Source: a virus
Lineage: Duplodnaviria; Caudoviricetes
Strand: one strand, 5' to 3'
IMG/VR virus record: IMGVR_UViG_3300025889_000609
Span: 1-30,702 of that record
DNA: 30,702 nucleotides
Positions 17,431 through 26,481 of the stretch are shown one piece after another. The position numbers were made by a program, and so were the translations under genes. The stretch's first letter is position 1. Every line of letters begins with the position of its first letter. The notes beneath the pieces were generated by a model, which did no database searches, was not told the origin of the DNA, and saw only the letters and a program-made list of their open reading frames with translations.

Positions 17431-18314
17431 TGGCAGTGAATCATTATTTCCACAATTTTTCCCCCGCCGTAATCAATGAACAGCGAGTTCTTGAGGATCT
17501 CATTGGTGAGTCCGTGCAGATATACGGTCATGCATGTCAGTATATGCCTCGGGAAACATATGATGCAATTGATCTTCTATATGGTGAAGATCCGGTATCA
17601 AAGTTCACTCGCGCATATACGATGGAAATGTTTATTGCGAACGTCGAGGGCTTCGAGGGCGACGGCGATTTCTTCTCCAAGTTTGGTATGGAAATTCGGG
17701 ACACATCAAATTTCGTAGTCCCTCGCCGTGCATTTGAGAAATATACTCCCGGATCCGTGCGGACACGACCGCGAGAGGGCGATCTGGTGTATGTTCCCGT
17801 CATGAGGAAAATATTCGAAATCAAGTTTGTGGAAGAAGAACTTCTATTCTTCTCACTAGGTAAGCGCGAACCTTACATGTATGAAATGCGATGTGAAGTG
17901 TTCCGGTACAGCCAAGAGAACTTTAGCACAGGAATTGGAGATGTGGATAGAATTGAGGACAGAGTGGCATATACAATAGAACTTACATTAGGATCAGGTT
18001 CAGGAAACTATACTATTGGCGAAACAGTATATCAGGGCGTCGATCTATCTTCTGCCACAGTTTCGGCCAAGGTAAAGGACTGGGATATCACAACCGGCAT
18101 CATGGAAGTAATCAACATCAAGGGATCATTCACAGATGCTGGCACACTTGTTGGCGCGACATCCAATACTCAATATAATCTGACAAGTAGTGAAGGTCAA
18201 GATGAATACAGCGACCATGATATATTCGATAACAAACTCCTACAGACAGAGGCAGATGAGTTTATCCAAACAACCGAGACTAATCCTTTAGGTGTCTCAT
18301 ATAATGATAGGTAA
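17430..18314 (+). CDS. gp14: Neck protein gp14
   Basis: EQRVLEDLIGESVQIYG, FFSKFGMEIRD, RPREGDLVY and FEIKFVE. Confidence 0.92.
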   Translation: MAVNHYFHNFSPAVINEQRVLEDLIGESVQIYGHACQYMPRETYDAIDLLYGEDPVSKFTRAYTMEMFIANVEGFEGDGDFFSKFGMEIRDTSNFVVPRRAFEKYTPGSVRTRPREGDLVYVPVMRKIFEIKFVEEELLFFSLGKREPYMYEMRCEVFRYSQENFSTGIGDVDRIEDRVAYTIELTLGSGSGNYTIGETVYQGVDLSSATVSAKVKDWDITTGIMEVINIKGSFTDAGTLVGATSNTQYNLTSSEGQDEYSDHDIFDNKLLQTEADEFIQTTETNPLGVSYNDR

Positions 18315-18319
18315 AGCCG

Positions 18320-19324
18320 GTGCTGAGTAACGTCCACTATTACTATAAACTCAATAGAAAATATGTCACGCTCTTTGGCAGTATTTTCAATAATGTGACC
18401 CTGAAAAGGATCAAAGCATCGGATAGTACCGAAATCGAAAGATTTAAGGTACCGATCATCTATGGTCCTAAGGAAAAATATGTGACACGCCTTCAATCAG
18501 ATCCGGATCTGGATCGTGAAGTGTCAACCATACTGCCTAGAATGTCATTCGAAATGACCAATATGCAGTATGATCCTACAAGAAAACAAAACTCACTTCT
18601 CCGTGCATCAAAGGCCAATAGTTCTACACGGACAACATCATCATATATGGGTGTGCCATATGATATTACATTCGACCTGAATATATATGCACGGAATATC
18701 GATGATGGCAATCAGATTATTGAACAGATTTTACCGTATTTTGGGCCTGACTATACAGTAACAGTGGACAATCTACCTGATATTGGCATCACTAAGGATG
18801 TACCAATCATTCTGAATTCTATTCAAGAATCCACAGAGTATGAAGGAAATTTCGATTCAGTTCGATATGTTACATGGAATCTAAATTTCACGATGAAGGT
18901 TTACTATTACGGACCTATCACATATCCCAAAATCATTCGGACTGTCATTACCAATATCTATAACGATCCCGAACTTCAAACAGGATATATCGTTCGAATC
19001 AATACGGGTGGTGGATCAGGTGTGTTTCGACCCGATGATTATGTCTATCAGGGAGATTCATATCTCACAGCCAATGCGTATGGTATCGTGATCGGATGGT
19101 CTGCCAATACCGGAAAACTACAGATCGGTGGCACTCAAGGCTCATTCAAGGTGGGTCAGAACGTCCATGCAGTCTCGACTAATGGTGTCTATACGATTTC
19201 CAGTTTTGATGCAACACCACTGAAATTGGCTGAAATCACGATTACGCCAGATCCGAGTGATGCACTTCCGAATTCCGATTTTGGGTACACCACAACAATC
19301 ACTGAATGGCCGAATATAGACTAA
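18320..19324 (+). CDS. gp15: Tail sheath stabiliser / tail terminator gp15
   Basis: RKYVTLFGSIFNN, KVPIIYGPKEK, LPRMSFEM, QIIEQILPYF and DVPIILNS. GTG start. Confidence 0.92.
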   Translation: MLSNVHYYYKLNRKYVTLFGSIFNNVTLKRIKASDSTEIERFKVPIIYGPKEKYVTRLQSDPDLDREVSTILPRMSFEMTNMQYDPTRKQNSLLRASKANSSTRTTSSYMGVPYDITFDLNIYARNIDDGNQIIEQILPYFGPDYTVTVDNLPDIGITKDVPIILNSIQESTEYEGNFDSVRYVTWNLNFTMKVYYYGPITYPKIIRTVITNIYNDPELQTGYIVRINTGGGSGVFRPDDYVYQGDSYLTANAYGIVIGWSANTGKLQIGGTQGSFKVGQNVHAVSTNGVYTISSFDATPLKLAEITITPDPSDALPNSDFGYTTTITEWPNID

Positions 19325-19335
19325 AGGAATAGATT

Positions 19336-19764
19336 ATGGCAGATACAAACAAGACACTTTCCGAAGCACTCGGCATAGAGCATGAACCGCATGTGGAATA
19401 TCTACCTCCTGCAATTCAAGAACCTCATGTCAAGGAAGAAGAAACCGAAGACGCGAAGGATGACTATATTCTATCTAGACAGACATATCGAAAACTCATT
19501 GAAAAAGGTAATGATGCACTCGATGGTATTGGTGGATTGGCTGTTGAGAGTGAAAGCCCTCGCGCATATGAAGTGATGGCCACACTCATGAAAACGATAG
19601 CAGACACGACAGGCCAGTTATATGATCTCCAGAAGAAGCATAAAGACCTTCGAACATCGAATAATACTCGCGTGGACGAGGGTAATATCACAGTCGATAA
19701 AGCGGTTTTCGTAGGTTCTACAGCCGAACTCCTAAAGAAACTCAAGAAAAAGGAATCTGAATAG
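19336..19764 (+). CDS. gp16: Terminase small subunit gp16
   Basis: DDY..SRQTY..LIEKG..ESESPRAYEV..FVGSTAELLK. Confidence 0.9.
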   Translation: MADTNKTLSEALGIEHEPHVEYLPPAIQEPHVKEEETEDAKDDYILSRQTYRKLIEKGNDALDGIGGLAVESESPRAYEVMATLMKTIADTTGQLYDLQKKHKDLRTSNNTRVDEGNITVDKAVFVGSTAELLKKLKKKESE

Positions 19765-20252
19765 TGCTATCATTCAAGCAGTTCATGATAGAGATGAAGA
19801 AGCCTAAATGGGAGATACCAGATGAACCTGGTACTAAACCCATACCTAAAGACCATGTGAGATTGTATCACCAGACACAAAAAAAGAATCTGAGCAATAT
19901 TCGACGCAAGGGTATTCTACCACATCAACCAGTTGAAGGGCCTAGAGGTATATATGCAGATACTAAAGGATTCTATGGTAAGCCCACAGAAACACCGACC
20001 GCCGAATTTTCTGTCCATAAGAAAGATTGGCACGCGCCATTTGTCACAAGAGATAAGGTCGAGAAGAAAAAACTGATAGCCACTCATAAAGATTGGCACC
20101 ATACTGTTCGATATATTGATGATGATCCAGATCTAAAGAAAAAGGTTTTGAGTGGTGAGCATGACGATCTTATCAAACAAGGTAAACACGACAAGTTTGC
20201 CAAGGCCGTGCGGTTCGTAAAAAGACGGGAAAGAGCCAAGAATAATGCTTAG
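19764..20252 (+). CDS. Putative ADP-ribosyltransferase-fold protein (His-Tyr class, Tpt1/PARP-like N-terminal motif) with capsid-targeting-like N-terminus
   Basis: VRLYHQT..NLSNIRRKGILP..GPRGIYA resembles the LYHGT..I...GL.P..GIY signature. Starts MLSFKQFMIE; the GTG overlaps the gp16 TAG. Confidence 0.55.
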   Translation: MLSFKQFMIEMKKPKWEIPDEPGTKPIPKDHVRLYHQTQKKNLSNIRRKGILPHQPVEGPRGIYADTKGFYGKPTETPTAEFSVHKKDWHAPFVTRDKVEKKKLIATHKDWHHTVRYIDDDPDLKKKVLSGEHDDLIKQGKHDKFAKAVRFVKRRERAKNNA

Positions 20253-20595
20253 TTTTGGAGAATATCTCGCAGAGATCGCCAGAGCATATGAAAAGATACA
20301 TCACAATGTCACTGTCAGGCAGGCGATGAAGATTATACCTCATGTCAAAAATCAAACAGTGAGATATGTTATCGACAAAAAAGATAAGTTGCACATAGGA
20401 GCATCTCATATACATACCCATGATGATTTGGTGAATCCTAAGGACTATAAGCATGTGGGTTCCATATCACATCACGAAGGCAAATATTACTATGATGCAA
20501 TGGTACCTAAAGGTGATTATGAATATAAGAACAAGAATCATGATCATTTCAAGAAGTATGGATTTCACCATTCTCCCGGTCTAACGGAGCCATAG
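20245..20595 (+). CDS. His/Lys-rich hypothetical protein with capsid-targeting-like N-terminus
   Basis: Starts MLSFGEYLAE; many His residues; tightly packed between the upstream ORF and gp17. Confidence 0.6.
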   Translation: MLSFGEYLAEIARAYEKIHHNVTVRQAMKIIPHVKNQTVRYVIDKKDKLHIGASHIHTHDDLVNPKDYKHVGSISHHEGKYYYDAMVPKGDYEYKNKNHDHFKKYGFHHSPGLTEP

Positions 20596-20597
20596 TA

Positions 20598-22268
20598 ATG
20601 CCAACACCTAATCTTGGATACCTCGGTAATCCAAAACTTCGGAGAGCATTCACCCAGATTGCAATGACGCAACATGAGGTGGATGAATACGAAAAATGCA
20701 TGAAAGACCCGGCTTATTTTATCAAGAACTACATGAAGATTGTGGTTCTCGGCAAGGGTATTCAGCCATTCCTTCTCTATGATTTCCAAGAAAAAATGAT
20801 TAGGACCTTCCAGAGAGAAAGATTTTCAATCTGTAAGATACCGAGACAGTCTGGAAAAACTATCACAACGGTCGGTTATCTTCTCCATACTATACTTTTC
20901 AACGAACAATATAATATTGCCATTCTCGCGCATAAAGGTTCGGCCGCAAATGGTATTCTTGCACGACTAAAATTGGCCTATGAGAATCTCCCACCATGGT
21001 TACAGTCCGGAATTATTGAATGGAATAAAGGTACTATCGAACTGGAAAATGGATGTAAGATAGCCGCATATGCAACATCAGCCGACGGTCTTCGATCAGG
21101 TTCTTATGACATCATTCTTTTGGATGAGTTTGCATTCGTGCCGAACAACATCGCCGAAGAGTTTTTTACCTCAACCTATCCAGTGATCACGGCTGGTACA
21201 GACACAAAGATCATCATCGTTTCAACTCCCAAGGGTATGAACCATTTCTGCACAATGTGGATGAAGGCTGAAAAGGGATTGAGCGACTATTTCCCCATCG
21301 AGGTTCATTGGTCAGCCGTACCTGGTCGAGATCAGGCATGGAAAGAACAGACTATTCGGAATACCTCGGCCGAGCAGTTCCAGCAAGAGTTTGAGACGGA
21401 ATTTATTGGATCTAGCCATACACTTATCAATCCAGTGAAAATGCGCCAGTTGATAATGAACATGCAAAATCCTATAGAGTCTATCGAAAAACTGGATATA
21501 TATGTGCAACCAGAACCTGGTAAGACATATGCGATAACAGTGGATGTATCGGAAGGGCAGGGTCTTGATGCATCTGCATTCTCAGTCTTTGATGTGTCTC
21601 AGATACCATACAAACAGGTAGCCAAGTTCAAGAATAATAAGATAACATCATATCTATTTCCAACAACAATCTTTCAGGCTGCCATGAAATATAATGAAGC
21701 ATTCATTCTGGTAGAAATCAACTCAATCGGATTGATGATAGCCGACTCGCTCCATAATGAACTGGCCTATGAAAATCTTATCAAAATCAAGACAAAGGGT
21801 AGACAGGGTCAACAAGTGAGTGGTGGTTATCAAAAAGGATATGCACTGGGTCTAAAACAAAGCACTCAGACAAAAAGAATTGGTTGTGCAAATCTCAAGG
21901 CTCTAATAGAAAATGATCGACTTGTGCTATGCGATACAGATACGATTACTGAATTGACCACATTTGCAGCCAGTAAGCAGTCATTTGCAGCCGAAACAGG
22001 TAATAATGATGATTTGGCAATGACCTTGGTAATGTTTGCATGGATGACATCTCAAAAATGGTTCAAAGAGGCAGTATCATCGGATGTTCGGCAGTCTCTC
22101 CAAGAAGAACAAATGAATCTTATGGATCGCGACCTGGTACCGTTCGGAATTATTGATAATGGTCTTGATGATAACAAGTATGAACAGTCTGGTGGTGATG
22201 TATGGGTAAAAGATAGACGAAATTATACTCCGTGGGACAATGTAAGCCATTTATGGAACAAACTGTAA
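20598..22268 (+). CDS. gp17: Terminase large subunit gp17
   Basis: Walker A PRQSGKT, Walker B ILLDEFAFV, STPKG motif, and nuclease motifs VDVSEGQGLDAS and NDDLAMTL. Confidence 0.97.
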   Translation: MPTPNLGYLGNPKLRRAFTQIAMTQHEVDEYEKCMKDPAYFIKNYMKIVVLGKGIQPFLLYDFQEKMIRTFQRERFSICKIPRQSGKTITTVGYLLHTILFNEQYNIAILAHKGSAANGILARLKLAYENLPPWLQSGIIEWNKGTIELENGCKIAAYATSADGLRSGSYDIILLDEFAFVPNNIAEEFFTSTYPVITAGTDTKIIIVSTPKGMNHFCTMWMKAEKGLSDYFPIEVHWSAVPGRDQAWKEQTIRNTSAEQFQQEFETEFIGSSHTLINPVKMRQLIMNMQNPIESIEKLDIYVQPEPGKTYAITVDVSEGQGLDASAFSVFDVSQIPYKQVAKFKNNKITSYLFPTTIFQAAMKYNEAFILVEINSIGLMIADSLHNELAYENLIKIKTKGRQGQQVSGGYQKGYALGLKQSTQTKRIGCANLKALIENDRLVLCDTDTITELTTFAASKQSFAAETGNNDDLAMTLVMFAWMTSQKWFKEAVSSDVRQSLQEEQMNLMDRDLVPFGIIDNGLDDNKYEQSGGDVWVKDRRNYTPWDNVSHLWNKL

Positions 22269-22330
22269 ATCGCTGGAATGATAAATATCATAGAATAAAT
22301 CAATAATACCTTCTACAAGGAGACTCTAAA

Positions 22331-24052
22331 ATGGCTTTTCAACTTTCTCCCGGCGTAAATGTCTCGGAAATCGATCTAACAACTATAGTTCCTGCAGTGG
22401 GAACTACGGAAACGGCCATTGCCGGTTCCTTCAACTGGGGTCCAATCAATGAAGTTCGCACTATTTCGAGTGAAGTTCAATTGGTAGACACTTTCGGTAA
22501 GCCGGACGCAAATACCTTTGTCGAATGGCTCTGCGCGGCCAACTTCTTGACTTATGGTAGAAACTTGAAGGTCGTTCGATCATCAGGTACTGGCACACTA
22601 CTGAATGCTACAGCAAATGGTTCTGGCATTCTTATCGAAAATGAAACCGACTACACAGAAAATCATAGTTCGGGTGCTAATACCAATGGTGCTTGGGCAG
22701 CAAAGTGGGCAGGTGATAGAGGAAACTCACTCAAGGTTTCAATGTTTGCCTCATCCAACTCTACGGCTTTTGCTGCATGGGTATATAACGGCTACTTTGA
22801 TGGTACTCCCAACACATCAACTTATGTCGCTAATCAGGGCGGTGCAGAAGACGAAATGCACGTGGCCGTGATCGATGAAGATGGTGTTTTCACAGGCACT
22901 CAAAACACAGTTTTGGAAAGATTCTCATTCGTCTCTAAGGCATCAGATGCCAAGCGCGACGATGGTGGATCTAACTACTATGTGGATGTGATCAATAACA
23001 CATCCAAATACATCTGGTGGCTTTCACATCCAGATGGTGGTGTAACCAATGATGATTATTCAAACACAACAAATTGGGGTACGGTTGCCAATGGCACAAG
23101 ATTTGGTCTTGGTAACAATTCAACGAATACCGCACTAACTCTTTCGCTTACAAATGGGTCATATAATGTTTCGACTGATGCCGAACATATCACGGCCTAT
23201 AACAAGTTCAAGAATGCCGAAGAACAGGATGTTTCATTGATCATCACAGCCGATCATGGTGATACGGTTGTTGACCACATCATCGACAATATCGCAGAAT
23301 ACCGCAAGGATTGCGTGGCTTTCGTATCACCTCTCCGAGCCGATGTTGTGGATAATGCTGGATCAGAACAAACCGCAGCCGTCACAACTCGAAATGGTTA
23401 CTCAACAAGTTCTTATGCAGTGATGGATTCTGGTTGGAAGTACCAGTTCGATCGGTATAATAACACATATCGCTGGGTGCCACTGAATGGTGACATTGCC
23501 GGACTATGTGTTAGAACTGACTTTGAGCGAGATCCTTGGTTCTCACCTGCTGGATTCAATCGAGGTCAGATCCGAAACGTGGTTAAACTTTCATGGAATC
23601 CGAACAAGACTGAAAGAGATGAACTTTACAAGGCTGGCATCAATCCAGTTGTAACATTCCCGGGAGAAGGTACTATTCTTTACGGTGATAAGACAATGCT
23701 TGCCAAGCCCAGTGCTTTCGATCGGATCAATGTTCGAAGACTATTCATTGTGCTTGAAAAGGCAATTGCCAGAGCAGCCAAGTATTCACTCTTTGAATTC
23801 AATGACTCCTTCACAAGAGCGCAATTCGTATCTTTGGTTGAACCTTTCCTAAGAGATGTTCAAGGTAGACGTGGTATCTTTGATTTCCGTGTGGTTTGTG
23901 ACGAAACAAACAATACGGCCGAAGTCATTGATCGAAACGAGTTTATCGGCGACATCTACATCAAGCCAGCCAGATCAATCAACTTTATTCAACTTAACTT
24001 CGTGGCAGTAAGAACTGGTGTCAGTTTTGATGAAATTGTGGGTCAATACTAA
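22331..24052 (+). CDS. gp18: Tail sheath protein gp18
   Basis: MAFQLSPGVNVSEIDLT, PWFSPAGFNRG, FDRINVRRLF, FEFND.FTR and IKPARSINFIQLNFVA. Confidence 0.97.
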   Translation: MAFQLSPGVNVSEIDLTTIVPAVGTTETAIAGSFNWGPINEVRTISSEVQLVDTFGKPDANTFVEWLCAANFLTYGRNLKVVRSSGTGTLLNATANGSGILIENETDYTENHSSGANTNGAWAAKWAGDRGNSLKVSMFASSNSTAFAAWVYNGYFDGTPNTSTYVANQGGAEDEMHVAVIDEDGVFTGTQNTVLERFSFVSKASDAKRDDGGSNYYVDVINNTSKYIWWLSHPDGGVTNDDYSNTTNWGTVANGTRFGLGNNSTNTALTLSLTNGSYNVSTDAEHITAYNKFKNAEEQDVSLIITADHGDTVVDHIIDNIAEYRKDCVAFVSPLRADVVDNAGSEQTAAVTTRNGYSTSSYAVMDSGWKYQFDRYNNTYRWVPLNGDIAGLCVRTDFERDPWFSPAGFNRGQIRNVVKLSWNPNKTERDELYKAGINPVVTFPGEGTILYGDKTMLAKPSAFDRINVRRLFIVLEKAIARAAKYSLFEFNDSFTRAQFVSLVEPFLRDVQGRRGIFDFRVVCDETNNTAEVIDRNEFIGDIYIKPARSINFIQLNFVAVRTGVSFDEIVGQY

Positions 24053-24062
24053 GGTCTAAGCG

Positions 24063-24070
24063 CATAAATA
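24063..24070 (+). promoter_or_regulatory. Late promoter variant CATAAATA upstream of gp19
   Basis: One mismatch to TATAAATA, intergenic, before the AGGAG RBS. Similar variants occur at 3911 (CATAAATA) and at 22280, 28663 and 30554 (GATAAATA). Confidence 0.55.
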
Positions 24071-24097
24071 TAAGCAACGAATAGGAGTAAATAAAAA

Positions 24098-24721
24098 ATG
24101 GCTTTCAATATTCAACAATTCAGATCATCAATGGCCAATGATGGCGCTCGACCTAATCTTTTTGAGGTAGCATTCAACTTCCCTCAGTTAGCCACAGCGG
24201 GTGTTCCAGCAACGGCCAGAGTAGGATCTGATGGACTAGGTGTAGCAGAACAGTTCCGATTCTTCTGTAAAGCAGCACAACTACCCGGTACCCAAATCAA
24301 TCCAGTTTCGGTCAACTATTTTGGTCGAGAATTGAAATTTGCTGGCAACAGAACATTCCCAGAATGGACTGTTACACTTCTTAATGATGAGGATTTCAAG
24401 ATTCGAAACGCATTTGAACTATGGCTAAACGGAATTAATTCCCATAGAGGCAATCTTCGACATCCTTCTTTCCGCTCACCAACATCTTATACGGTGCAAG
24501 CAACTGTTACTCAGTTCGCGAAGACGGGAGAAGCACTCAAATCATATACCTTCATCGGAATGTTTCCGATCGAAGTCACTCCAATTGAAGTGGATTGGGC
24601 AGATAATGATCGTATTGAGGAATATGCTGTCACTCTCAGTTATCAGTGGTGGGAATCTTCACCAAATGATACTGGTGTTACTGGCGCAGCTCCTCCCGTT
24701 CGAAACGTACCAGTTTACTAA
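24098..24721 (+). CDS. gp19: Tail tube protein gp19
   Basis: GARPNLFEV, CKAAQLPG, GRELKFAGNRTFPEWTVT..NDEDF and IEEYAVTLSYQWW. Confidence 0.95.
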   Translation: MAFNIQQFRSSMANDGARPNLFEVAFNFPQLATAGVPATARVGSDGLGVAEQFRFFCKAAQLPGTQINPVSVNYFGRELKFAGNRTFPEWTVTLLNDEDFKIRNAFELWLNGINSHRGNLRHPSFRSPTSYTVQATVTQFAKTGEALKSYTFIGMFPIEVTPIEVDWADNDRIEEYAVTLSYQWWESSPNDTGVTGAAPPVRNVPVY

Positions 24722-24738
24722 GCGACATATATAGTATT

Positions 24739-24762
24739 GGGTCTAACAAGACCCTTTACTTT
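24739..24762 (+). terminator. Probable rho-independent terminator after gp19
   Basis: GGGTCT-AACA-AGACCC hairpin followed by TTTACTTT. Confidence 0.6.
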
Positions 24763-24828
24763 GATTGGAAATATGATGTCGATATTTAATGCACTCACGC
24801 AAAAGTTGGGAATATAATTTTGGTTACA

Positions 24829-26481
24829 ATGTTCGGATTCGAGATCAAGAAACGTGTCGATCCTGTAAAGGAAGCCGAGACCAATAAGACGTTTGCGGCT
24901 CCACAGAATGATGATGGAGCCGTTACCGTTCAATCAGGTTCATACTACGGTACGTATGTGGACATGGACGGTATTATCCGAAACGAGATTGAACTTATTA
25001 CTCGGTATCGGGAAATGGCAATGCAGCCAGAAATCGAATCCGCAATTGATGAAATAGTCAATGAGGCCATTGTTACCGAAGATAATGGTAAATCTGTTGA
25101 GTTGAATTTTGATGAATTAAAACAGCCTCAAGCCGTTCGAAAAAAGATTAAGGATGAATTCGATACTATTCTAAAAATGTTGGGGTTCGGCGCAAACGGA
25201 CATGACGTTTTCAAAAGATGGTATGTTGATGGTAGACTATTCTACCATGTAGTCATTGACGAAACAAATCCTCAAAAAGGCATTCAAGAAATAAGGTTCA
25301 TCGACCCGCGCAGAATTCGAAAAATTCGTGAAATTCAGCGTAAGAAGGATCCAGCAACTTCGGTTGATGTCATTGTCCGAACAAATGAGTATTACCTCTA
25401 TAATGAGAGAGGTATTATTGGCGCTCATTCGAATATGGGTACCAAGATTGCTGTTGATTCCATTGTCAATGTCAATTCAGGTTTGATGGATTCTCGTCGT
25501 GCAATGGTTCTTTCCTATCTACATAAAGCAATAAAACCTCTCAATCAAGTCCGAATGATGGAAGACGCAACGGTCATTTATAGACTGTCACGCGCACCAG
25601 AACGTCGAATTTTTTATGTTGATGTTGGTAATATGCCCACAATTAAGGCCGATCAATATCTTCGTGATATCATGACCAAATATAGAAACAAACTTGTCTA
25701 TGATTCATCAACAGGTGAAATCCGAGATGATCGAAAGCATATGTCCATGCTCGAAGATTTCTGGTTACCGCGGCGTGAAGGTTCGAGAGGAACTGAAATC
25801 ACGACACTGCCTGGTGGACAAAATCTAGGTGAACTGGAAGACGTTAAATATTTCGAAAAGAAACTATATAAAGCATTGGGTGTTCCGATGAGTCGTCTTG
25901 AGCAAAATCAAGGATTTTCTCTTGGTAGAAGCACCGAAATCACTCGCGATGAATTGAAGTTTGCCAAGTTTATTGCACGCCTAAGAAGTAAATTCTCCAC
26001 ACTCTTTGATGATCTCCTTCGAGTCCAGTTGGTTCTAAAAAGAATCTGCACAGAAGAAGAATGGAATGAGTTCAAGGAAGATATCTGGTATGATTTCCTC
26101 AAGGATAATAACTTTGATGAAATGAAAGAAACGGAGTTATTGACCAATCGAATTCAACTCCTCCAACAGATTGAACCATTCGTTGGTCGATACTATTCGA
26201 AAGAATGGATCCGTCGGAATCTCCTAAAACAATCCGATGAAGATATCGAAGAAATTGATGGTCAAATGGAAGAAGAAGCTAAGGCTGATGCAGAAAATAT
26301 GGAAACGCAGGGCATTGATCCAATGACGGGTCAACCTCAGATCGATCCAAATGATCCTCAGCAACAGCAACAGTTGGGTGGCCCTCCACAAGGTCAAGCA
26401 CAACTACCGCCACCTCAGCAACAGCAAGAGAAACCGCCTAAGTTTCAGGTAAGAAAAGAAGATATAGAGTTTGTGAAATGA
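24829..26481 (+). CDS. gp20: Portal vertex protein gp20
   Basis: MFGFEI, SYLHKAIKPLNQ.RMMEDA.VIYRLSRAPERRIFYVDVGNMP and LEDFWLPRREG.RGTEITTLPGGQNLG, with a Gln/Pro-rich tail. Start is ATG 24829 or TTG 24820. Confidence 0.97.
   Translation: MFGFEIKKRVDPVKEAETNKTFAAPQNDDGAVTVQSGSYYGTYVDMDGIIRNEIELITRYREMAMQPEIESAIDEIVNEAIVTEDNGKSVELNFDELKQPQAVRKKIKDEFDTILKMLGFGANGHDVFKRWYVDGRLFYHVVIDETNPQKGIQEIRFIDPRRIRKIREIQRKKDPATSVDVIVRTNEYYLYNERGIIGAHSNMGTKIAVDSIVNVNSGLMDSRRAMVLSYLHKAIKPLNQVRMMEDATVIYRLSRAPERRIFYVDVGNMPTIKADQYLRDIMTKYRNKLVYDSSTGEIRDDRKHMSMLEDFWLPRREGSRGTEITTLPGGQNLGELEDVKYFEKKLYKALGVPMSRLEQNQGFSLGRSTEITRDELKFAKFIARLRSKFSTLFDDLLRVQLVLKRICTEEEWNEFKEDIWYDFLKDNNFDEMKETELLTNRIQLLQQIEPFVGRYYSKEWIRRNLLKQSDEDIEEIDGQMEEEAKADAENMETQGIDPMTGQPQIDPNDPQQQQQLGGPPQGQAQLPPPQQQQEKPPKFQVRKEDIEFVK

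Noticed and set aside
26320-26430. CAG/CAA-rich repeats at the portal 3' end
   Set aside because: A low-complexity Gln/Pro tail is common in T4-like portals.
20598-26481. Introns, inteins or homing endonucleases in gp17, gp18 or gp20
   Set aside because: The ORFs are continuous and of ordinary length. No GIY-YIG, HNH or LAGLIDADG motifs were recognised in the inserted genes.
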